Shown piece by piece: positions 56,074-64,000 of a stretch of DNA of 64,000 nucleotides. Made by a program: the position numbers and the translations under genes. The notes under the pieces were generated by a model. It was given only the letters and a program-made list of their open reading frames with translations. It was not told the DNA's origin and did not search any database. The stretch lies in contig JBCDIL010000017.1 in NCBI GenBank assembly GCA_038749025.1, positions 6,960-70,959 of the forward strand. The letters run 5' to 3'. This stretch comes from Pseudomonadota bacterium (GTDB lineage: Bacteria > Pseudomonadota > Gammaproteobacteria > Steroidobacterales > Woeseiaceae). The number at the start of each line of letters is the position of its first letter. The first letter of the stretch is position 1.

Positions 56074-57399
56074 GTGCGCTTGAGGCACGGTATAACGGCA
56101 ATTTTCGTAGGCCTGGGGCTGATCGGTTGCGAACCGCCGGCGGACGAGCCGCCGCAACTGCCCATGGGTGTCTGGCAAGCCGCCCTGGAGCTGCCCGGCG
56201 GCAAGACGCCGTTCGGTTTAGAGTTCGGTCGGGAGGGCGACAGCGGCTATCGCGCGACCCTGCTCAATGGCCACGAACGCGTGACGGTCCCGAATGTCAC
56301 GTTCGATAGCGAAACGGGTGACCTGTCGTTGGTTTTCCCAGCGTTCGGCAATCGTATCGATGCCACCCTGCAAGACGGCGTGTTAGTCGGAAACTTGCGC
56401 AAACTGCAACGGACTGAGATTCAGGTTATTCCGTTCTCCGCCAAGCCAGGCACCGTAGCGGACGCCACCGCGCTATCGCAGGTTGACCTATCGGGGCGTT
56501 GGGAGGTCACGTTTACCGAAGACGATGGCAGTACCTATCCCGCCGTCGGTGAATTTGCGCAGCGCGGTGACCGGCTGTTCGGCACGTTTCTGACGACGAC
56601 AGCCGATTACCGCTACCTCGGTGGTCGCGTCGATGGCAACACAATGACGTTATCCACCTTCGATGGCGCACACGCCTTTCTGTTTCGTGGTGAGGTTCGC
56701 CCTAACGGTAATTTGACCGGTGAGTTTTGGTCTGGCCTCGCGTCATACGAAACCTTCGTCGCAATACGCAACAAAGACGCCCGGCTGCCAGACGCCAACC
56801 AGCTGACCTATTTGAACCCGGGTTACGAGCGTTTTGAATTCGAATTCGAAGACGTTAACGGCAATGTCGTGCGCTTCGATGACCCGCGTTTCGACGGCAA
56901 GGTGGTTATTGTGACCTTAGCCGGGAGCTGGTGCCCGAACTGTCATGATGAGGCAGCGTTTATGGCCCCACTGTATGACAAATACCGCGACCAGGGTCTC
57001 GAGATCGTCGCCTTGATGTTCGAACACGTGGGTTCGGATAAAGAGGCAGCCCGTCGTCAGGTCGGCGCGTTCCGCGACAAGTTCGCAATTAACTACGAAA
57101 CGCTGATCGCTGGAACATCAGACAAGGACCAAGCCAGTGAATTGCTGCCGTCATTGAACGCAGTAATGGCGTTTCCGACAACAGTATTCATCGATAGCAA
57201 CGGCGGCGTCCGGCGCATACATACCGGTTTCTCGGGCCCCGGCACCGGCGAACACTACACAGAACTCACGAGCGAATTTACGGCCTTTATCGAAACGCTG
57301 CTCGCCGAAGCTAATGCCACCGACGCAGCGGCCGAAGCAGTGGAAGAGGGTGCGGCGCCCGCTGACGAGGCTGTCGCAACGCCCGAGACAGAGGGTTAA
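56074..57399 (+). CDS. TlpA-like thioredoxin-fold lipoprotein with extended N-terminal domain
   Basis: GAAGGAG upstream of GTG 56074. Lipobox GLIGC. About 250-aa N-terminal region, then a redoxin domain with WCPNC. Confidence 0.8.
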   Translation: MRLRHGITAIFVGLGLIGCEPPADEPPQLPMGVWQAALELPGGKTPFGLEFGREGDSGYRATLLNGHERVTVPNVTFDSETGDLSLVFPAFGNRIDATLQDGVLVGNLRKLQRTEIQVIPFSAKPGTVADATALSQVDLSGRWEVTFTEDDGSTYPAVGEFAQRGDRLFGTFLTTTADYRYLGGRVDGNTMTLSTFDGAHAFLFRGEVRPNGNLTGEFWSGLASYETFVAIRNKDARLPDANQLTYLNPGYERFEFEFEDVNGNVVRFDDPRFDGKVVIVTLAGSWCPNCHDEAAFMAPLYDKYRDQGLEIVALMFEHVGSDKEAARRQVGAFRDKFAINYETLIAGTSDKDQASELLPSLNAVMAFPTTVFIDSNGGVRRIHTGFSGPGTGEHYTELTSEFTAFIETLLAEANATDAAAEAVEEGAAPADEAVATPETEG

Positions 57400-57401
57400 C
57401 G

Positions 57402-57884
57402 ATGCCATCGTTCGATATCGTGTCCGAGGTGGACATGCACGAAGCGCAAAATGCGGTTGACCAGGCCAACAAGGAAGTCAGCACGCGGTTCGACTTCAAA
57501 GGAACGAATTCGAGTTTTTCGCTGCAGGAGTCGGCGATTGAACTCGACGGCGAGGTATCGTTTCAACTGGACCAGATGCGCGGCATTCTGACCGAAAAAA
57601 TGTCACGCCGGGGCATCGATGTCGGCTGCCTCGATACCGGCACACCGATCACCAGCGGCCAACGCGCCAAGCAGACCATTACAATCCGGCAAGGCCTAGA
57701 CAGCGACTTTGCTAAACGCATCGTCAAAGATGTCAAAGCGTCGAAACTAAAAGTCCAATGCGCCATTCAAGGCGATAAGGTGCGAGTCACCGGCAAAAAG
57801 CGCGACGATCTACAGCAATGCATCGCCTTACTGCGAGACGCAGACCTCGGTCTGCCGCTGCAGTTTGAGAATTTCCGGGACTAA
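57402..57884 (+). CDS. yajQ: YajQ family nucleotide (cyclic-di-GMP) binding protein
   Basis: MPSFDIVSEVDMHE..NAVDQANKEVSTRFDFKG. Confidence 0.9.
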   Translation: MPSFDIVSEVDMHEAQNAVDQANKEVSTRFDFKGTNSSFSLQESAIELDGEVSFQLDQMRGILTEKMSRRGIDVGCLDTGTPITSGQRAKQTITIRQGLDSDFAKRIVKDVKASKLKVQCAIQGDKVRVTGKKRDDLQQCIALLRDADLGLPLQFENFRD

Positions 57885-57902
57885 ACGCCGACTCGGCAAC
57901 TC

Positions 57903-60641
57903 GTGGCTGCCTCCAAACAAAGCCTTCGCCAAGGCGATTTAGACTTTACCGAGCACACGCGTGCACTGCGTGCGGAGGTTCGGCGGCTCGGTGAAATGAC
58001 CGGCGAGCTGTTGCGCGAGCAAGGCGGTGAACATCTCTACGAGCTCGTCGAGACCGCGCGGCAACTAGCAATCCGCCGCCGCGAGGGCGATCTTAGCGTC
58101 GGCCGAGCACTGCACGAGCTGCTATCCGGCCTCAACGCCGCCACGGCAGACGATATAGCGCGGGCTTTTTCAACCTATTTCCATTTGGTGAATGCTGCCG
58201 AGAAAGTGCACCGAATTCGGCGGCGGCGCGAATACCTGACTGACGAGAGCCGACCGATGCCGCGGGGTCTCGATCGAACCTTCGTCTTGCTGCGTGAGCA
58301 AGGCTTCGGCATCGATGAGCTGCAGACCTTGCTCGATCAACTCGATATTGAACCGGTATTCACCGGGCAACCGACCGAGCCGACGCGGCGTACCATCCTG
58401 CGCAAAGAGCAGAACATCGTCCGCATGCTGGTCGCGATGCTCGATCCAACGTTGCCGCCACAAGAACGACGGGCTTACGAGGCCAAGATCCGCACCGAGG
58501 TCACAACGATCTGGCAAACGGACGAAAACCCCTCCGAAGCGATGACGGTGGCGGATGAATTGGAACATGTCCTGTTTTTTCTGACCGATGTTCTGTACCG
58601 GGTCGTACCACCGGTCTACGAGAATATGCGTGAAGCGCTGGTTCGCGCCTACGGCGACGAGGGTCGGGCGATCAGGCTACCGACACTGTTCCGGTTCGCT
58701 TCGTGGGTGGGCGCCGATCTTGATGGCAACCCCAACATTAACGCCAAGACAATTCGCAAAACGCTCACTCGGCAGCGCTCGTTAATCCTCAATCTGTATT
58801 TCGAGGAATGCGGCCGTCTTGCAACGCAGTTGAGTCAGACTCTCAGCCGGACCAGCGTCACCGAGGGAATATTGGAGCGAATCTCGGAATACCGTGAGCA
58901 TTTTCCCGATGCGATGCACGCCGTTCCGGCGCGCCATCGCGAGATGCCGTATCGGGTTTATCTGCGTTTGGTACAAGCCCGCATCAAATCGACGTTCGAC
59001 GACAGCGTGTTTCCCTATACGGACGCGGCCGAGTTCGAGGCGGACATTCGCCGACTGGAGGTCAGTCTCGCCGACAACCGCGGCCGTAACGCCGGCTACC
59101 ATCCGGTACGGCGTTTTCTGCGGCGCATCCAAACCTTCGGCTTTCACCTACTCAGTCTGGATATCCGCCAGAACGCAAAGATTCATCGCCAGGTCGTCGG
59201 CGCAGGTCTCGGCGATAGCGAGTGGCTGCAGCGCACACCGGATGAGCGGGTAGCCGCCATCTGTGCCGCGCTCGATTCACGGGAACCCCCCGATGAAGAA
59301 AGCGACACACTAACGCGCAAGACGCTCGCTGTCTTCCAAGCGATTGCTTATGCCCATCGACGCTACGGTGCCGGTGCAATAGGGCCGTTCATCATCAGTC
59401 AATGCGAAGGACCGGACGATGTCTTGGCGGTCTTGTTGCTGGCACAGTGGGGCGAGATGTCGAACCGGCGCGGTGAAGTGGCCCTCGATGTGGCGCCGAT
59501 GTTTGAGACCGATACCGACCTCATCGGCGGTAACGCGATGATCCATCGTCTCCTGGCAATCCCACAATACCGGCAACATCTTGAGCGCCGTAAGCATCGG
59601 CAAGTCGTCATGCTCGGCTACTCGCATTCCAACAAAGACGGTGGCATCGCATCATCTCGGTGGGCGCTCTATCAAGCGCAGCAAACCCTCGTCCATGATT
59701 TCGATGACACCGACATTGAAATTGTGTTGTTCCACGGGCGCGGCGGCAGCATAAGCCGTGGTGGCTCGAATACACGCAGTGCGGTTCGGAGCGCACCACC
59801 CGGCACGATCGGTGGCCACTTGCGCGTCACCGAACAAGGCGAAACGATTAACGAGAAGTACGGACTTCGCAATATCGCTTTGCGTAATCTTGAACAATCG
59901 ATCAGCTCGGTGGCGTGGGCCAGTAGGGAGCCGCTTCGCAACGTCGGGCTACGAAAAGACTGGGTCGATACGATGAACACCATCGCCACCGAGAGCCGGC
60001 GCGCTTACCGGGAGTTGGTCGTCGATACCCCTCGGTTCGTCGATTATTTTCGCGCAGCCACCCCGATCGATGTTATCGAGAGTATGCAAGTCGGCACGCG
60101 CCCGACCGACCAAGCAAACGGACGCGGTATCGACAACTTGCGCGCGATACCGTGGGTGTTCGCGTGGACGCAGAGTCGGCACATGTTGCCTGGGTGGTAT
60201 GGCGTCGGCACTGGTATCGGCAAAGCACTCGAACAATACGGCGAAGAACGCCTACTCGAGATGGCCCACGAATGGCCGTTTTTCGGCATCATGCTGCACG
60301 ACGTCGAGATCGTGATGGGCAAGACGGACTTGGCGACAGCCGTCGAATACTCACAGCTCGCCGAAGACCTGCACGAGCGGATCTTCCCGCGTATCGCGGC
60401 GGAATATGACAACACCCGGACACAACTGTTGGCGCTCACCGAACACGCTGTACTGCTCGAAGAAGATCGCGTGTTGCGCCGAGCGATCCGGCTTCGTAAT
60501 CCGTACCTGGATCCGATGAACGTTCTACAGATCGACTTGCTAAAGCGCTGGCGCGCCGGTGATCGCCAGGACGAGGGCATCAAGAACGCCTTGTTCGAAA
60601 CGGTAAACGGTATCGTGCAAGGCCTTCAAGCCACCGGCTAA
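57903..60641 (+). CDS. ppc: phosphoenolpyruvate carboxylase
   Basis: VFTGQPTE, FHGRGGSISRGG and the C-terminal NGIVQGLQATG blocks. Confidence 0.95.
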   Translation: MAASKQSLRQGDLDFTEHTRALRAEVRRLGEMTGELLREQGGEHLYELVETARQLAIRRREGDLSVGRALHELLSGLNAATADDIARAFSTYFHLVNAAEKVHRIRRRREYLTDESRPMPRGLDRTFVLLREQGFGIDELQTLLDQLDIEPVFTGQPTEPTRRTILRKEQNIVRMLVAMLDPTLPPQERRAYEAKIRTEVTTIWQTDENPSEAMTVADELEHVLFFLTDVLYRVVPPVYENMREALVRAYGDEGRAIRLPTLFRFASWVGADLDGNPNINAKTIRKTLTRQRSLILNLYFEECGRLATQLSQTLSRTSVTEGILERISEYREHFPDAMHAVPARHREMPYRVYLRLVQARIKSTFDDSVFPYTDAAEFEADIRRLEVSLADNRGRNAGYHPVRRFLRRIQTFGFHLLSLDIRQNAKIHRQVVGAGLGDSEWLQRTPDERVAAICAALDSREPPDEESDTLTRKTLAVFQAIAYAHRRYGAGAIGPFIISQCEGPDDVLAVLLLAQWGEMSNRRGEVALDVAPMFETDTDLIGGNAMIHRLLAIPQYRQHLERRKHRQVVMLGYSHSNKDGGIASSRWALYQAQQTLVHDFDDTDIEIVLFHGRGGSISRGGSNTRSAVRSAPPGTIGGHLRVTEQGETINEKYGLRNIALRNLEQSISSVAWASREPLRNVGLRKDWVDTMNTIATESRRAYRELVVDTPRFVDYFRAATPIDVIESMQVGTRPTDQANGRGIDNLRAIPWVFAWTQSRHMLPGWYGVGTGIGKALEQYGEERLLEMAHEWPFFGIMLHDVEIVMGKTDLATAVEYSQLAEDLHERIFPRIAAEYDNTRTQLLALTEHAVLLEEDRVLRRAIRLRNPYLDPMNVLQIDLLKRWRAGDRQDEGIKNALFETVNGIVQGLQATG

Positions 60642-60663
60642 GACATCGAAGGAGGCACCACAC

Positions 60664-60870
60664 GTGTTAGAAACGATTGGCTACGTTTGTTTGGGTATCG
60701 TCGCAGCCGTTTATGTCGTGCTGATGCTGACCGGCATCGTTGCGATGGGTGCGTTCAGTTGGATCGGACTGTTGCTCGCGATTGGCATCGGCGCGTTGTT
60801 CGTTAAGGTGCTCGCCGAACGAATCGCCAATAAAGAAGACGATCACTATTCGAAGAACGTGGAGCGCTAA
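60664..60870 (+). CDS. small two-TM membrane protein
   Basis: AAGGAGG lies 8 nt upstream of GTG 60664. Two hydrophobic helices and a charged tail. The stop lies 2 nt before ybjQ. Confidence 0.5.
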   Translation: MLETIGYVCLGIVAAVYVVLMLTGIVAMGAFSWIGLLLAIGIGALFVKVLAERIANKEDDHYSKNVER

Positions 60871-60872
60871 CG

Positions 60873-61187
60873 ATGTTAATGACGACTCAAGATCGGTTCG
60901 AAGACCGCGAGATTACCGCGACGCTCGGCCTCGTCCGCGGCAATACCATTCGCGCCAGACATGTCGGTAAGGACATCCTCGCTGGTCTGCGCAGTATCGT
61001 CGGCGGCGAAATCGGTGAATACACAAAGATGTTGGCTGAGTCGCGCGAACAAGCGCTAGACCGGTTGCTGGCAGACGCGAAACGCTTGGGGGCCGACGGC
61101 GTTGTGGCGTTAAGATTCGAAACGGCACCGGTTATGCAAGGCGCAGCCGAGCTGCTCGCCTACGGGACGGCCGTTAAACTCGCTTAA
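60873..61187 (+). CDS. ybjQ: YbjQ (UPF0145) family protein
   Basis: TTQDRFEDREITATLGLVRGNTIRARHVGKDI..GGEI..Y is typical of YbjQ. Confidence 0.85.
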   Translation: MLMTTQDRFEDREITATLGLVRGNTIRARHVGKDILAGLRSIVGGEIGEYTKMLAESREQALDRLLADAKRLGADGVVALRFETAPVMQGAAELLAYGTAVKLA

Positions 61188-61193
61188 GCGTCG

Positions 61194-61631
61194 CTAGTCG
61201 AGCAGCGGCGCATCGACATCGATCTCGCGGGCGTAGTCGCGTTCGGAAAGCGCGCGGTCGCGCACCGATATACCAGCGGTATGAACCGTCGCCGGGTCGC
61301 CGCTGACCAGTGGATGCCAATCCGGTAACGGCTCGTCGAGCCAGCGAAGGCGGTAAGCACAGGTGGGCGGCAAGCTCGCGTAGTCTCGCTCACTGGCGCC
61401 GCGAACCTGAATGCAGCCAGGCACGTACCGGCGCCGATGGGCGTAGTACTGACAGCGGCAAGTCATCGTATCGAGTAAGCGGCATGCAATAGCGGTGTAA
61501 ACGATATCGCCGCTAGCGTCGTCTTCGAGTTTGTGCAAGCAACACAAACCGCAGCCATCGCACAGCGATTCCCATTCTTGCTCGCTCAATTGGTCCAGCG
61601 ATTTCGTTTCCCAGAACTTAGTGTCTGCCAC
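61194..61631 (-). CDS. ycgN: YcgN (UPF0260) cysteine-cluster protein
   Basis: FWETKSLDQLSEQEWESLCDGCGLCCLHKLED... is diagnostic of YcgN. Confidence 0.8.
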   Translation of the reverse strand: MADTKFWETKSLDQLSEQEWESLCDGCGLCCLHKLEDDASGDIVYTAIACRLLDTMTCRCQYYAHRRRYVPGCIQVRGASERDYASLPPTCAYRLRWLDEPLPDWHPLVSGDPATVHTAGISVRDRALSERDYAREIDVDAPLLD

Positions 61632-61730
61632 GTGTCGATGATTCCTTGGCGAATGCCCGGTAACGGATCGACCGTCGCCGATCGCACCGTGCCATACTTT
61701 TGGCCGTTTTTCTCACGCAGCGCAAGGCTT

Positions 61731-63164
61731 ATGAGTTCTACCGCTATCGTTTGGTTTCGCCGCGACCTTCGCTTGGCGGATAACCCGGCGCTGAGCGCCG
61801 CGCTGAAGGCACATACCAGCGTTATCCCGGTGTTCATGGCGGACGATGCTGACGACCCGTGGGCTCCGGGAGGTGCCTCGATGGCGTGGCTACACCGTAG
61901 CCTGATTGCCCTCAATGCCGCGTTGTCTCGCCTCGGCAGCCGACTCATCGTTCGTGACGGTCCGGCCGACAATGCCCTCGATGCGATGATCGCTGAGACC
62001 GGTGCCGATGCCGTCTACTGGAACCGTTTGTACGACCCGCATACCCGGCGACGTGACGAAACGCTTAAGCGGCGCTGGCGGGAACGCGGGCTGGATGCCC
62101 GCAGCTTTAACGGCAATTTGCTGATCGAGCCATGGGAAGTAGAAACCGGGACCGGCAATCCTTACAAAGTGTTCACGCCGTTTTGGCGCAACGCCAGCCA
62201 GCGCATTCCAGGCCGCGAACCCTACACCAAACCGCGAAACCTAAAGCCACCGACGAAATGGCCGGAGACACTGCCGATCGAGGCGCTAGCGTTGGCGCCG
62301 CGCATTCGCTGGGACGATGGATTTTGGGAGGTGTTCACACCGGGCGAAGAGGGCGCTCATGCGGCCTTACGGCGTTTTCGCCGGGGCGCGATCACCGGCT
62401 ATCACGAGATGCGTGACGTTCCAGCCGACGATGGCGTCTCACAGCTATCGGCCCATTTACACTTCGGTGAGATATCACCGTTGGCGGTTTGGAACGGTGC
62501 TGGCAGTGCGCCGGGTGCGCCGCCGGTCGATGTCGAGCATTTTCAGCGCGAGCTAGGGTGGCGCGAATTCGCCCATCACGTGCTGTACCACTTCGACCGC
62601 ACACCGACAGAGCCGCTGAATGCGAAGTATCGCAACTTTCCATGGCGAGACGGCCACGAGCCGCTGCTGGCGGCGTGGCAGCGCGGCCAGACCGGTATCC
62701 CATTGGTCGATGCCGGGATGCGCCAGCTGTGGCAAACCGGCTGGATGCATAACCGCGTGAGGATGGTCGTCGCCTCGTTCTTGGTGAAGAATATCCGCGC
62801 GCCATGGCTCGATGGGGCACGGTGGTTTTGGGATACCCTGGTCGATGGGGATCTCGCCAGCAATACACTGGGGTGGCAGTGGGCAGCTGGCTGTGGTGCC
62901 GATGCGGCGCCGTATTTCCGCGTTTTTAACCCGGTGCTCCAAAGCAAGAAATTCGACAAAGCCGGCGACTACATTCGCCGGTTCGTCCCCGAACTTAGCC
63001 AGCTCGATAGCAAAGCGATCCATGAGCCTTGGCTGCACAGCGGTGCGGGTTTTTCGCCAGGCAAAGACTATCCGCTGCCGATCGTAGACCTGAAAACCAG
63101 TCGGGAAGAGGCGTTGGCCGCCCTCGCTGCACTAGATCCCAGCAAGCAAAGTGCGAAGACCTGA
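61731..63164 (+). CDS. phrB: deoxyribodipyrimidine photolyase
   Basis: IVWFRRDLRLADNPAL, GWREF, and TGIPLVDAGMRQLW.TGWMHNR.RM..ASFL blocks. ATG 61731 is preferred; the track start 61533 overlaps ycgN. Confidence 0.9.
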   Translation: MSSTAIVWFRRDLRLADNPALSAALKAHTSVIPVFMADDADDPWAPGGASMAWLHRSLIALNAALSRLGSRLIVRDGPADNALDAMIAETGADAVYWNRLYDPHTRRRDETLKRRWRERGLDARSFNGNLLIEPWEVETGTGNPYKVFTPFWRNASQRIPGREPYTKPRNLKPPTKWPETLPIEALALAPRIRWDDGFWEVFTPGEEGAHAALRRFRRGAITGYHEMRDVPADDGVSQLSAHLHFGEISPLAVWNGAGSAPGAPPVDVEHFQRELGWREFAHHVLYHFDRTPTEPLNAKYRNFPWRDGHEPLLAAWQRGQTGIPLVDAGMRQLWQTGWMHNRVRMVVASFLVKNIRAPWLDGARWFWDTLVDGDLASNTLGWQWAAGCGADAAPYFRVFNPVLQSKKFDKAGDYIRRFVPELSQLDSKAIHEPWLHSGAGFSPGKDYPLPIVDLKTSREEALAALAALDPSKQSAKT

Positions 63165-63199
63165 TAGCATTTGCGCTATCACACCGTACGAGACCGACT

Positions 63200-64000
63200 G
63201 TGAAAGTCCCAGGCAACGTTAATCTGCGCATGTTGAGCTACCTCGTCGCGCTGGATGAGACGCGACACTTCGGCAAAGCCGCCGAAGCCTGTTTCGTCAG
63301 CCAGCCAACGTTATCTGCACAGCTAAAAAAACTAGAAGACCTACTGGGTGTCGCGCTCATCGAGCGCCAACCCGGCAACATCATGTTGACAAGCGTCGGC
63401 GAGAAGGTGGTTGTCAAAGCGCGTGCGATGTTGCGCACCGCTGGCGAAATCGATGACATCGCGCAAACCAGTCGCGACCCCTTTAGCGGGCAACTGCGTA
63501 TAGGGCTGATTCCAACCTTGGGTCCGTATTTGCTGCCGCACATCGTGGCAGCGCTGCGTCACGAGCTGCCGCATCTCGAATGTCGCTTCCTGGAATACCA
63601 GACAGACCCTGTTTTAAAGCGCCTGCGCGACGGCGACATCGACGTCGTCTTGCTCGCGCTACCGATCGATGACGACGGCCTAATCGTACGGGAGCTATTC
63701 GCCGAACCGTTTCGGTTAGCGGTACCGGCGAGTCACGATTTTGCCGACCGTGATGCGGTCGAAGTCGGTGACCTCGACGGGCAATCGCTGCTGCTCTTAG
63801 AAGATGGCCACTGCCTGCGCGATCAAGCGCTGGAAGTCTGTGCGATGTCGAGCGTTGAAGAGGATGGCGACTTTCGCGCAACCAGTCTCGAAACGCTGCG
63901 CCACATGGTGGCCGCCGAAGCCGGCATCACGTTGCTGCCAGCCTTAGCGCTAGAGCCACCGGCGAGCCGTTTCGAGAGCGTGGTCGACTTACGCTTCGTC
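63200..64000 (+). CDS. oxyR: LysR-family regulator OxyR (3' end outside window)
   Basis: Not in the track because there is no stop inside the window. Frame is open from GTG 63200. Blocks LRMLSYLVALDETRHFGKAAEACFVSQPTLSAQLKKLE and LLLLEDGHCLRDQALEVC, including the OxyR redox Cys context. Confidence 0.85.
   Translation, partial: MKVPGNVNLRMLSYLVALDETRHFGKAAEACFVSQPTLSAQLKKLEDLLGVALIERQPGNIMLTSVGEKVVVKARAMLRTAGEIDDIAQTSRDPFSGQLRIGLIPTLGPYLLPHIVAALRHELPHLECRFLEYQTDPVLKRLRDGDIDVVLLALPIDDDGLIVRELFAEPFRLAVPASHDFADRDAVEVGDLDGQSLLLLEDGHCLRDQALEVCAMSSVEEDGDFRATSLETLRHMVAAEAGITLLPALALEPPASRFESVVDLRFV

Overview
This is a 64 kb chromosomal segment from a high-G+C gammaproteobacterium. It is compact, with many 4-nt stop/start overlaps, and its gene order resembles Pseudomonas/Xanthomonadales-type chromosomes. 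Most of it is housekeeping. It includes an RND efflux pair, an MscS channel, cytochrome c5 and the trehalose cluster otsB-GH15-otsA. It also includes comM-ubiK-glnK-amtB, algZ/algR-hemC-hemD::hemX-hemY, dapF-DUF484-xerC, hslVU and ubiE-ubiJ-ubiB. Further genes are a TetR/sterol-desaturase pair, a complete trpEGDCFBA operon, an SLC13 permease, an ABC exporter, a TlpA-like redoxin, yajQ, ppc, ybjQ, ycgN, phrB and a 3'-truncated oxyR. I saw no rRNA, tRNA, CRISPR array, IS element or phage genes. Five items are worth follow-up. (1) A Lys-poor 454-codon orphan ORF (52.6-54.0 kb) lines up block by block with the ribonucleotide reductase alpha barrel but has degenerate catalytic motifs. (2) An AT-richer islet (about 14.5-18.0 kb) next to comM encodes a cluster-less Rieske-like domain fused to ankyrin repeats. 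(3) The same islet holds a frameshifted S1-domain gene that the ORF track splits and hides. (4) It also holds a fibrillin/PAP-like lipoprotein. (5) An unlisted 21-codon leader peptide with three consecutive Trp codons plus a hairpin and T9 attenuator lies upstream of trpE. All product calls come from motif and synteny recognition by eye; no database search was run.
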